Assembly (NCBI GenBank): GCA_050633305.1
Contig: JBOEGF010000007.1
Location: 286,428-350,427, forward strand
Source of the DNA: Nannocystales bacterium
Lineage (GTDB): Bacteria > Myxococcota_A > Polyangia > Nannocystales > Nannocystaceae
Length of the DNA: 64,000 nt
Direction: 5' to 3'
Shown here: in pieces, positions 49,019 to 57,070 of the stretch
How the letters are laid out: each line of letters begins with the position of its first letter
Position numbering within the stretch: position 1 is the first letter of the stretch
Translations under genes and position numbers: made by a program
Notes under the pieces: generated by a model
Database searches by the model: none
What the model was told of the DNA's origin: nothing
Seen by the model: the letters and a program-made list of their open reading frames with translations, nothing else

Positions 49019-49621
49019 CTAGCTGCACGTAGTGTAATGCGTCCCACGTCCCATACCGTGGCGCTCGAGGTGCCCATGTCGGACAAGCTGCCCGATGTGG
49101 AAGCGGAGCTTTCGTCGACCGATCCCGGTGAACTCCTCGAGTTGCTGCATGGTCGCCGTCTGCATGTTGCCGACGATGGGGATCAGGGCCTCGGCCGCCT
49201 CTTCCAGGCTCATCGGCTCGTCTGCGTCGAGCTTGGACTTGAGGGCCTCGAGGGCTGCGTTCGAGCTTCGCTCGCTCGCCTTGGGGGCCACGCCGGTCGT
49301 GGCTGTTGGGCTCGCGACCACTCTCTTCTTTGCCTTCTTTTTCGCCTTGCCCGCCGGTTCGGGAGGCGTATCGGCGACGATCGGGGCTGCGTTCACCTCG
49401 TCGGGTTCTTCCTCGGAGGTCGCATCTCGAAGCAGCGCGTCGGCGAAGTCCTGCAAGGTCAGCGCGCCCATCGGATGGCTCCACCCCAGCGCACGCGCTG
49501 CGTCGACGAGATCGCCAACGGTCGCCTCTTGGGGGACACTGTCCGACAGCGCCTGCAAGACGGCACGGCGCTGCTCCTGAAGAAGGTGGCGCTCGAACGA
49601 AGACTGGAACTGAGGTTCCAC
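49019..49621 (-). CDS. Hypothetical DNA-binding protein with C-terminal winged helix-turn-helix
   Basis: C-terminal TMQQLEEFTGIGRRKLRFHIGQLVRHGHLERHGMGRGTHY; central KAKKKAKKR patch. Start estimated at GTG 49621. Confidence 0.65.
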   Translation of the reverse strand: MEPQFQSSFERHLLQEQRRAVLQALSDSVPQEATVGDLVDAARALGWSHPMGALTLQDFADALLRDATSEEEPDEVNAAPIVADTPPEPAGKAKKKAKKRVVASPTATTGVAPKASERSSNAALEALKSKLDADEPMSLEEAAEALIPIVGNMQTATMQQLEEFTGIGRRKLRFHIGQLVRHGHLERHGMGRGTHYTTCS

Positions 49622-49740
49622 GGGCGCGGAACCTAGCAGTCTGCGGGGGGCGGGGCCATGTTCACTCGCGCGGCGTTTCACACACGGCCTGAGGCTAGAT
49701 TCCTGCGGGCCTTTGTGCCGGATCCCGGTCAGCGTATCCC

Positions 49741-51945
49741 TTAGAAGAACGGGGTAAGTGCGTCTTCGACCGCTTCGCCGGCCGCTTCCATTGCGGCCTC
49801 CGCTTGCGCCGCCTTCTCTTCTTCGGTCAGCGGTCGCGCGTGATAGCCCTCGAGGACGGAGGAACGACTGCCTCGGATTCGGCCGCGCGTGACTTCGAGC
49901 GGGATGGGCTCGACGAGCTCGTACTTGTACCCGCGGGTGTTGATCTTCATGTGGTAGCTGCGCCCGTCCACATCGAGGTGCCGACCCACGCCCACCGGGA
50001 TCTGCCCCACGCGGGTGTATTCGCGGTGCTGCAACACGAACGCGAACAACCGCACCGCGTCCATGTTGTACAGCCGGTGACACCCGTGCGAGTAGCGCCG
50101 CAAGATGGACATGTAGTCGACGCTGCCATGGGTTCGAATCGAGTTGTCGAACTCCGATACGACGTTGCCCTCAGAGTCCTTGGACTGCTTGATGTGGTAG
50201 GCGGCGACCAGGCCGTACGCGGACCGGAAGCCGGGGCCGATCTCGTCGTAGTTCACGCCTCGGCGGAACTTGCCGTTCTTCCACTTGCCCTTGATCAGCG
50301 AGGAGGGAGGGGTGGTCGCAGGCGGGATCCAGACCGGGGCAGCGACGATGTCTTTCCATACCCGAGCTCCGACGTCGGAGTTCTTGTACTTGAGCATGAT
50401 CTCGCCCTCGTTGGACTCGCTGCGCCACGCCCCGATGGTCGTGCGCCAGTGCACCAGCGGAATCTTCTGGTCGGCGTAGTGCACGTAGACGGTGATGTGC
50501 GGGTACCGAGCGCGCGGTTGTGATTTTTTGCGGCCGTCCTCGGTGTATGGGAACTCGTACCAGACGTCCCCACGGTCGATGAGCGCGGAGAACGTCATGT
50601 TCTCGCTGTAGTAGGCCGGCTTGGGCGGCATCTTGATGGCGACGAGGAGGTTCTCGAAGTTGCCCTCACCCAGGTCGGACAGTTTGGCGAGAGAAGCCTG
50701 CGCGGACTCGGGAGTTTGCAAGCCGAGGGCTTCGACGGCCGCAGCGCTGTACTCGGTCACGACGTCTCGGAGTGGATGCTCGTTTCCGTCGGTGTCCTTG
50801 TATCGGTAGTCGTCACGCTTCCACTGGGCTGCGGAGCCATCCTCGATGAGTCCCGCGGACGTCACGACCCGTTCGGTGAGGACACGAAGCAGCCGCTCGT
50901 GGCTGGCCTCGTCGGGCATGAGCGCGAGCATGTCGAGGTTGTCCCGCTTGAAGTGACCCCAGCCCATCAGGTCGTGTTTGCGCTCGAACTCGGCCAGCGC
51001 ATGGGTCGTGGGCGAGTCGTAGATGCCGGCCTTGAACTTGCCTCGGCCTCCGGTTCCGTTGCTGAACAGTCGCTCGCAGCGGAACCGCCGTTGTGCGTTC
51101 TCGATGACCTCGACCTCATCCTGCATCTCTCGCCAGCTTGCGTACGCGCTCTTGGTGCGTGCGTCGCTCTTGGCTGCCTCGAGGTCTTCGGCGACGTCGA
51201 ACTTGAGTTTGGCCTTGCGCATGGCTTTTTGCAGCCGTGCCTTGCGGGCACGGGCGGTCCGGTTGCGCTTGTTCTGACCGGACTTTTTGTAGACGATCTT
51301 CCCGCCGAATCGCGTGAACGCTTGGGGATCGAATCCTGCCTCTTCAAGACAGGGCTCGACGTCACTGTCGTGCTCGTCCCATTCGGCCTTCACCACCGAC
51401 AACGCGGGTGGGATCCCGTAGAGCTCGAGATAGTTGTGCCCGTGCTTGGGCAGAGCATCGCCGTCGGAGTCGATGCGGTCGTTGGCGAGCCCGATGTACT
51501 TCGCCCGATACTTGTTCTTGGTCGAGTCCTCGGCGCCGGGTGTCTTCTCGCTGAAGATGTAGGGCGTCCAGCCGTTGGACAGGTCCACGATCGTGTAGCC
51601 GCGGGCTTCCGCTTGCCCGATGTCCATCTGCGTCGGCTCCTCGCCCGCCGCCATGACCCACGCGACCCCTGCGGGATGTTCGCGGAAGCTGACCTTCGTG
51701 ATCTCTCCCAACGGCAGGATCACGTCTTGATCGGCGTCCTCCGCGACCATCTCGGCGGCGGGATCTGACTCATCTGCGTTCCCGAAGGCGGTGGTGCGCC
51801 CCAGCTCGGAATCTGCGGGTTTGCCCTCCTTACTGGCCCCCGAGCAGCCCAATGCCAAACACAGTGTCCAAGCCGCCCCTCGAGCCAAGCGTGGTGTTCT
51901 GCCGAGAATCTGGTGTTTTTGGCGCGTGGTGCCCTCGTAGCGCAT
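49741..51945 (-). CDS. L,D-transpeptidase (YkuD) family lipoprotein
   Basis: Lipobox LALGC; PG-binding-like GIYDSPTTHALAEFERKH; APVWIPP; catalytic motif IRTHGS...SHGCHRL. Confidence 0.85.
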   Translation of the reverse strand: MRYEGTTRQKHQILGRTPRLARGAAWTLCLALGCSGASKEGKPADSELGRTTAFGNADESDPAAEMVAEDADQDVILPLGEITKVSFREHPAGVAWVMAAGEEPTQMDIGQAEARGYTIVDLSNGWTPYIFSEKTPGAEDSTKNKYRAKYIGLANDRIDSDGDALPKHGHNYLELYGIPPALSVVKAEWDEHDSDVEPCLEEAGFDPQAFTRFGGKIVYKKSGQNKRNRTARARKARLQKAMRKAKLKFDVAEDLEAAKSDARTKSAYASWREMQDEVEVIENAQRRFRCERLFSNGTGGRGKFKAGIYDSPTTHALAEFERKHDLMGWGHFKRDNLDMLALMPDEASHERLLRVLTERVVTSAGLIEDGSAAQWKRDDYRYKDTDGNEHPLRDVVTEYSAAAVEALGLQTPESAQASLAKLSDLGEGNFENLLVAIKMPPKPAYYSENMTFSALIDRGDVWYEFPYTEDGRKKSQPRARYPHITVYVHYADQKIPLVHWRTTIGAWRSESNEGEIMLKYKNSDVGARVWKDIVAAPVWIPPATTPPSSLIKGKWKNGKFRRGVNYDEIGPGFRSAYGLVAAYHIKQSKDSEGNVVSEFDNSIRTHGSVDYMSILRRYSHGCHRLYNMDAVRLFAFVLQHREYTRVGQIPVGVGRHLDVDGRSYHMKINTRGYKYELVEPIPLEVTRGRIRGSRSSVLEGYHARPLTEEEKAAQAEAAMEAAGEAVEDALTPFF

Positions 51946-52136
51946 CGATCCGATCGTAGCCTCCACCCCCTCGACGCGCCAAAGCACTGCGAGATTTCAA
52001 AGGTCGGCACAACACCCTGTTGCAAACGCACAGCGGCGGCCCTGCGGGCCGTTTTGAAGGGTTTTACCGGGTCGTCCGAGGGGTCCGCGCGGAACTTTAC
52101 ATCGCCGCCCGGCCGTGCAACCTTCTGCTCGGATCC

Positions 52137-52907
52137 ATGCGGTCATTGCGAGTCCTTCGTTTTCTTGTCCTCAATGGCCTGGCTGTGGGCCTCGGTGCCG
52201 TGGTTGCGACCTCGTGCATTGACGTCAACTACCCAACAGTTGCGTTCCGCTGTAATCCGCGTCAGTCGGATAACTGCCCTGACACGCACTTCTGTTGCTC
52301 GGACGACCCTGCAGCAGTGGGTGGCGGTCTGCCGTTCTACACGAACATCCCGGGTACGGCGGATGGCACGACGGCCTACTTCTCGGGCGCCAACAACGGC
52401 TTGGGCACCAAAGGCATGTGCGTCCGGACCGGCGATCTTCCGTCCGGCGCGGGTCTGTTCGAGGCGACTGCGGCGAACTGCCCGGTTCCGTGTAACCCCA
52501 CGTGGGAGGACAGCGACAAGCTGGCGGTCTGCGGCGAGGGACGCGTTTGCTGCCAGACCGTCGAGCTCGAAGCAGAGGACTGCGTCCAGGACGAAGACGG
52601 GACCTGGCGCCCGGCGGTGGGCACCGACATCCGCGGCGGGCGCACGGACTGGAAGCCCGCTCGGCACGAGACGCACCAAGACCCCAACGGTCAGGGCTGC
52701 GGGACGTTTGCCAACGGCGTGACCGACTTCGAGGACCCGGACTCCGACTTCTCGCAGTGCCTCGACCAGCTCACGGTTGCTGACCAGCGCGGCTTCTGCA
52801 TGGCGCTGCAGCCCACTGAGGTCTGTCCGACCGACGTCGAGGGCTACTTGAACGCGTGCGAGCTCATCAACTTGGGCCAGCTCGCGCCGCCCGTCGCCGG
52901 CGTTTAG
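52137..52907 (+). CDS. Cysteine-rich lipoprotein
   Basis: Signal MRSLRVLRFLVLNGLAVGLGAVVATS-C followed by 16 further Cys; clear coding-type codon bias. Confidence 0.75.
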   Translation: MRSLRVLRFLVLNGLAVGLGAVVATSCIDVNYPTVAFRCNPRQSDNCPDTHFCCSDDPAAVGGGLPFYTNIPGTADGTTAYFSGANNGLGTKGMCVRTGDLPSGAGLFEATAANCPVPCNPTWEDSDKLAVCGEGRVCCQTVELEAEDCVQDEDGTWRPAVGTDIRGGRTDWKPARHETHQDPNGQGCGTFANGVTDFEDPDSDFSQCLDQLTVADQRGFCMALQPTEVCPTDVEGYLNACELINLGQLAPPVAGV

Positions 52908-53194
52908 TCCGGCAGTTCGGCTGCGCCAAGGACGCTGCGGTAGGCGACAAACGCGCCTTCCCGCGGCGTTTCTCGTTCGGCAGCCCTCACCCGGCCCTTC
53001 GCTTCGGGTGAGGGAAAGTCGGCGGAAAACCTCCATATCTCGGACTGACCGGGCTCCGTTGCCCTCTGTCCTGTGTTTTGTCGTCGGAATAGCGCCAATT
53101 GCGCGTTGGCGTTGCCCGACAAACCGCATACATTCGCGTCCCACCGGCCCCCGAAAAGGCGGCCTTTGCGCTCCCCGCGCTCGAAGTACACCCG

Positions 53195-56095
53195 ATGGCC
53201 ACTGCCAAGAAGAGCCCCTCCGCGTCCAAATCCTCCAAGAAGGCGGGCGCGAAGAAGAAGGTGACCAAGAAGAAGGTCGCCAAGAAGAAGGTGACCAAGA
53301 AGAAGGTCACCAAGAAGAAGGCCGCGAAGAAGGCCAGCGCAAAGAAGGTGGCGAAGAAGAAGGTCGCGAAGAAGACCGCTGCGAAGAAGACCAGCGCGAA
53401 GAAGGTCACCAAGAAGAAGGCGACCAAGAAGAAGGCCAAAGTCGGCGGCAACGCTTCGGGCCGTCAGCTGGTGATCGTCGAGTCTCCTGCCAAGGCCAAG
53501 ACGATCAACAAGTACCTCGGTGACGACTTCGTCGTTCACGCCTCGGTCGGCCACATTCGCGACCTGCCTGCCAAAGCGCCCAAAGGCGTGAAGATGCCGG
53601 TGCCCGGCGTCGACCTCGACAACAACTTCTCGCCCACCTACGAGGTGCTGCCCGGCAAGGCCAAGACGGTCAACGAGCTCAAGCGCCTCGCCAAGGACGC
53701 CAGCGAAATCTGGTTTGCGACTGACCTTGACCGTGAGGGAGAGGCCATCGCATGGCACCTCGCTCAAGAACTTGGCGTCGAGCCTCTCGATGCCAAGCGT
53801 GTGGTGTTCAACGCGATCACCAAGACCGAGGTTCAGCGTGCGTTCGCCGAGCCGAACGCGATCGACGTGGCCAAGGTCAACGCGCAGCAAGCCCGTCGAA
53901 TCCTCGACCGCATCGTCGGCTATCAGGCATCGCCGCTGCTGTGGAAGAAGGTCGCACGGGGACTCTCCGCCGGTCGGGTGCAGTCGGTCGCGGTTCGCAT
54001 CATCGTGGAGCGGGAGCGCGAGATCGAGGCGTTCGTGCCCGACGAATACTGGAAGGTCACCGCTCACTTGGCGCTCGACCCCGGCAAGGCACCGAAGCTC
54101 GCCGAGAGCTGGACTGAACTGCTCGCGCAGCGCGACGAGAAAAACAAACCGCCCACGCTCAAGGCTCGCAACGCGTGGCTGGCCGAGCATCAGGGACTCA
54201 AGACCGAGCTGGTCTCGATCGACGGCAAGAAGTTCGACGTCAGCTGCAAGGCCGAGTCCCCGAAGGACCTCTCCAAGCAGATTGCGGCTGTCGCCGAGGC
54301 GGTGGGCCTCACCGACGTGACGGTCGAGAACACGCCCGACCCGGACGGTAAGGGACCTGCGCAGGTGAAACGCGCCGTGAACGGCACGCTGGACCCCAAG
54401 GCCCGCTACGCGATCAAGTCGATCGACACCCGGCGCACGACGTCGCGCCCACCAGGCCCGTTCATCACGTCGAGTCTGCAGATCGCTGCGGCCAACCAGC
54501 TCGGCTTCACCGCCCAGCGAACCATGCGGGCCGCGCAGCAGCTGTATGAAGGTATCGAGGTCCCCGGCGACGAAGGCCAGGTCGGTCTCATCACCTACAT
54601 GCGTACCGACTCCACCAACCTGTCGCCCGAGGCCGTCGCCGAGGCGCGTACGTTCGTGTCCGAGTTTGGCGCCGAGTACCTGCCCGAGAAGCCCAACACC
54701 TGGTCGTCCTCCAACAAGGACGCGCAAGAGGCTCACGAGGCGATTCGCCCGACCGCCGCTTCGAGGCGTCCCGCCGATCTCGAAGAGTCGCTGACCCCCG
54801 ACCAGTTCAGGCTCTACGATCTGATCTGGCGACGGTTTGTGGCTGGTCAGATGGTGCCCGCCAAGTGGGACGCCACCGCCGTGTTGTACGAGCGCTCCGA
54901 CACCAAGTCCGGTGCGACGCTCAAGGCGACCGGGCGCGTGCTTGCGTTCGATGGCTTCTACAAGGTCGCCGGTGTCCCGACAGCCAGCGACGAGCAGACG
55001 TTGCCCGAGCTTGCCGAGGGCGACGAGGCAGCCCCGTTCGCCATCAACCCGGACCAGAAGTTCACCTCGCCGCCGCCTCGCTACTCGGAGGCCTCGCTGG
55101 TCAAAACGCTCGAAGCCGAGGGCATCGGTCGTCCGTCGACCTACGCGTCGATCATCAGCGTCATCCAAGGCCGCCGCTACGTCGAGCAGCTCGACCGTCG
55201 GTTCTACGCAACCGACCTTGGCGAGGTCGTCACCGACAAGCTCGTCGAGGCGTTCCCGAGCCTGATGTCGATCGGCTACACGCGCTCGATGGAGGACGAA
55301 CTCGATCGCATCGAGGACGACGAAGGCGATTGGCAGGAGATGCTCACCCGCTTCCACGGCCCGTTCACCGAGGCCCTCGAAGTCGCGCACGAGAGCATGA
55401 CGCACGCCAAGGCTGAGACGCAGCCGGCGCTGTACAAGTGCCCCAAGTGCGGGTCCCAGACCCTGTACCGCTTCGGGCGAAACGGGCGCTTCTTGTCGTG
55501 TTCGACGTACCCCGACTGCGACTACTCGGCCCCGATCGACCGGGCAGGCCGGCCGCTGCTTCCCGAGCGTGTCGACGTGGCCGTGCCCGAGGACGGCTCA
55601 CAGATGGAGCTCCGCAACGGTCGTTTCGGCCCGTTCCTGGCGTCGATCAACTACCCGGAGACCAACTTCGTCCTCAACCTCGACAAGAAGGGCGGCGTCA
55701 AATACCCGTCCATTCCGCCGATCGAGACCGAGCTCGAGTGCACCAAGTGTGATGCCCCGATGAACCTGCGTCGGGGTAAGCGAGGTCCGTGGCTCGGCTG
55801 TTCACGGTTCCCCAAATGTCGGGGCCGAATGGGCTGGAACACGCTCGAGGACGAGATCAAGGACTCGCTGGAGAAGCAGCTGGAGAAGCACGAGAAGGCC
55901 AACCCGCTGCCGAAGATTAAGCGCTTCAGCAACGGTGAGGAGATCCCCGAGGGGCATCCTGTGGCCGAGCTCGTGGTGCCCGGTGGCGTTGCCGAACTCG
56001 AAGTGCATCCGGATGTGAAGGCCGACGCGGACGTCGGCATCAAAGCCGCGAAGAGGCCCCTGCCGCCTCGGCCCGAGCCCACCGCCACGGCCTAG
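53195..56095 (+). CDS. topA: DNA topoisomerase I (type IA) with N-terminal Lys/Ala-rich extension
   Basis: LVIVESPAKAKTI, ATDLDREGEAI, SAGRVQS, ITYMRTDS, QEAHEAIRP, GIGRPSTY, C-terminal Zn ribbons (CPKC, CTKC). Confidence 0.96.
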   Translation: MATAKKSPSASKSSKKAGAKKKVTKKKVAKKKVTKKKVTKKKAAKKASAKKVAKKKVAKKTAAKKTSAKKVTKKKATKKKAKVGGNASGRQLVIVESPAKAKTINKYLGDDFVVHASVGHIRDLPAKAPKGVKMPVPGVDLDNNFSPTYEVLPGKAKTVNELKRLAKDASEIWFATDLDREGEAIAWHLAQELGVEPLDAKRVVFNAITKTEVQRAFAEPNAIDVAKVNAQQARRILDRIVGYQASPLLWKKVARGLSAGRVQSVAVRIIVEREREIEAFVPDEYWKVTAHLALDPGKAPKLAESWTELLAQRDEKNKPPTLKARNAWLAEHQGLKTELVSIDGKKFDVSCKAESPKDLSKQIAAVAEAVGLTDVTVENTPDPDGKGPAQVKRAVNGTLDPKARYAIKSIDTRRTTSRPPGPFITSSLQIAAANQLGFTAQRTMRAAQQLYEGIEVPGDEGQVGLITYMRTDSTNLSPEAVAEARTFVSEFGAEYLPEKPNTWSSSNKDAQEAHEAIRPTAASRRPADLEESLTPDQFRLYDLIWRRFVAGQMVPAKWDATAVLYERSDTKSGATLKATGRVLAFDGFYKVAGVPTASDEQTLPELAEGDEAAPFAINPDQKFTSPPPRYSEASLVKTLEAEGIGRPSTYASIISVIQGRRYVEQLDRRFYATDLGEVVTDKLVEAFPSLMSIGYTRSMEDELDRIEDDEGDWQEMLTRFHGPFTEALEVAHESMTHAKAETQPALYKCPKCGSQTLYRFGRNGRFLSCSTYPDCDYSAPIDRAGRPLLPERVDVAVPEDGSQMELRNGRFGPFLASINYPETNFVLNLDKKGGVKYPSIPPIETELECTKCDAPMNLRRGKRGPWLGCSRFPKCRGRMGWNTLEDEIKDSLEKQLEKHEKANPLPKIKRFSNGEEIPEGHPVAELVVPGGVAELEVHPDVKADADVGIKAAKRPLPPRPEPTATA
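53230..53440 (+). repeat. 15-bp degenerate tandem repeat encoding KKKVT/KKKVA/KKTAA pentapeptides
   Basis: Repeated AAGAAGAAGGT(G/C)(A/G)CC-type units at the 5' end of topA. Confidence 0.9.
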
Positions 56096-56115
56096 CGGTC
56101 TCCATTGCACCACAA

Positions 56116-56157
56116 CAAGAAGGGCGGGCCGGCACATGCCGGGCTCGCCCTTTCTTG
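56116..56157. terminator. Probable bidirectional terminator between topA and the convergent cytochrome operon
   Basis: CAAGAAGGGCGGGCCGGCA-ca-TGCCGGGCTCGCCCTTTCTTG. Confidence 0.75.
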
Positions 56158-56173
56158 CGTCGGGGGCGGGAGT

Positions 56174-57070
56174 CTAGCCTGGAGGCGTGAACGAGGCGCC
56201 ATCGGGGACGCCTTGCTCAAACCATGCCTCGAACAGCGCAAAGTCGGCGGCACTCATGATGCCGCCCTCTTCCGTCTCGCACACCGCGGTCGGCATCGTG
56301 GCTTGAGTGATCACCCGATCCTGAACCGAGACCCACGCTGCCATTCCCGCGTAGGTCGAGTTGGCACCCGCGTAGTCGCTGGTGAAGTTCTCGAGTGTCT
56401 GGAGCTGAGTCCCGCCGCTGTAGGGGAAATACAGCGAGGTGTTGGATACCGAGTCGGTGTAGTGGCAGCCGCAGTTCTCTTCGAGCGCGGTCCCGATCGA
56501 GGACGGGATGACACCGGCGCCATCGCCAGATACGACGGGGCTTTCGGCATCCGGGTCGACGACAGAGAGGGCGCAGGAGATGATTCCGCCGCCGCCTTCG
56601 GTGGTCTCGCCCTCGGTCGTTTCACCGTCGGTCGTTTCACCATCCGTCGTGGTCGCGGGGCCCGTTTCCGACGGGAACTCGACGCCTGCAACCCAGCCGA
56701 CGATGACCGCGAGGTCTTCGGGGGCCAGAACGCCGGGCGGCAAAGGCATGATGCTGCCCGCAGAGGCGTCGGTGAGCCGGCTGACCAAGTAGCTGCCCGC
56801 CGGGTCACCAAAGGTGACGTAGGGGCCGCCGGGTCCGCTCTGTTCGACCCAAGCTCCAGCGGAAGCCTCCGAGAGGTCGACCAAAGAGGCGTTGTTCACG
56901 TGGCATGCGCCTCCGGGAATCGCACAGCTCGCCGTGAGTCGTTCTTGCACGGGCGTTGGCACACCGCCGCCCCCGGTCTCATTACCCTCGTCGATCTTCT
57001 TGACCTGGTCGCAGCCCGTGAGCGCGAACGCGCCTGCCGCCAACAACATCAGTGTGATGGTGCGTTTCAT
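56174..57070 (-). CDS. Lipoprotein with two atypical c-type cytochrome-like domains
   Basis: GGAGG upstream; lipobox LTGC; SCAIPGGACH...GDPAGSYL...IMP...IVGWV and NCGCH...TMP...FEAWFEQG. Overlaps the upstream gene by 4 nt. Confidence 0.7.
   Translation of the reverse strand: MKRTITLMLLAAGAFALTGCDQVKKIDEGNETGGGGVPTPVQERLTASCAIPGGACHVNNASLVDLSEASAGAWVEQSGPGGPYVTFGDPAGSYLVSRLTDASAGSIMPLPPGVLAPEDLAVIVGWVAGVEFPSETGPATTTDGETTDGETTEGETTEGGGGIISCALSVVDPDAESPVVSGDGAGVIPSSIGTALEENCGCHYTDSVSNTSLYFPYSGGTQLQTLENFTSDYAGANSTYAGMAAWVSVQDRVITQATMPTAVCETEEGGIMSAADFALFEAWFEQGVPDGASFTPPG

Noticed and set aside
52984..53014. Hairpin CCCTCACCCG...CGGGTGAGGG upstream of topA
   Set aside because: It has no U-tract after the stem on either strand, and I saw no second copy in the window, so I cannot call it a terminator or REP element.
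53230..53440. Possible CRISPR or non-coding tandem repeat
   Set aside because: The units are contiguous 15-mers with no unique spacers and are in frame with topA.
52904..55405. 833-aa antisense ORF over topA with a Leu-rich repeat end
   Set aside because: It mirrors the topA reading frame; the LLLG repeats are simply the reverse complement of the Lys codons.
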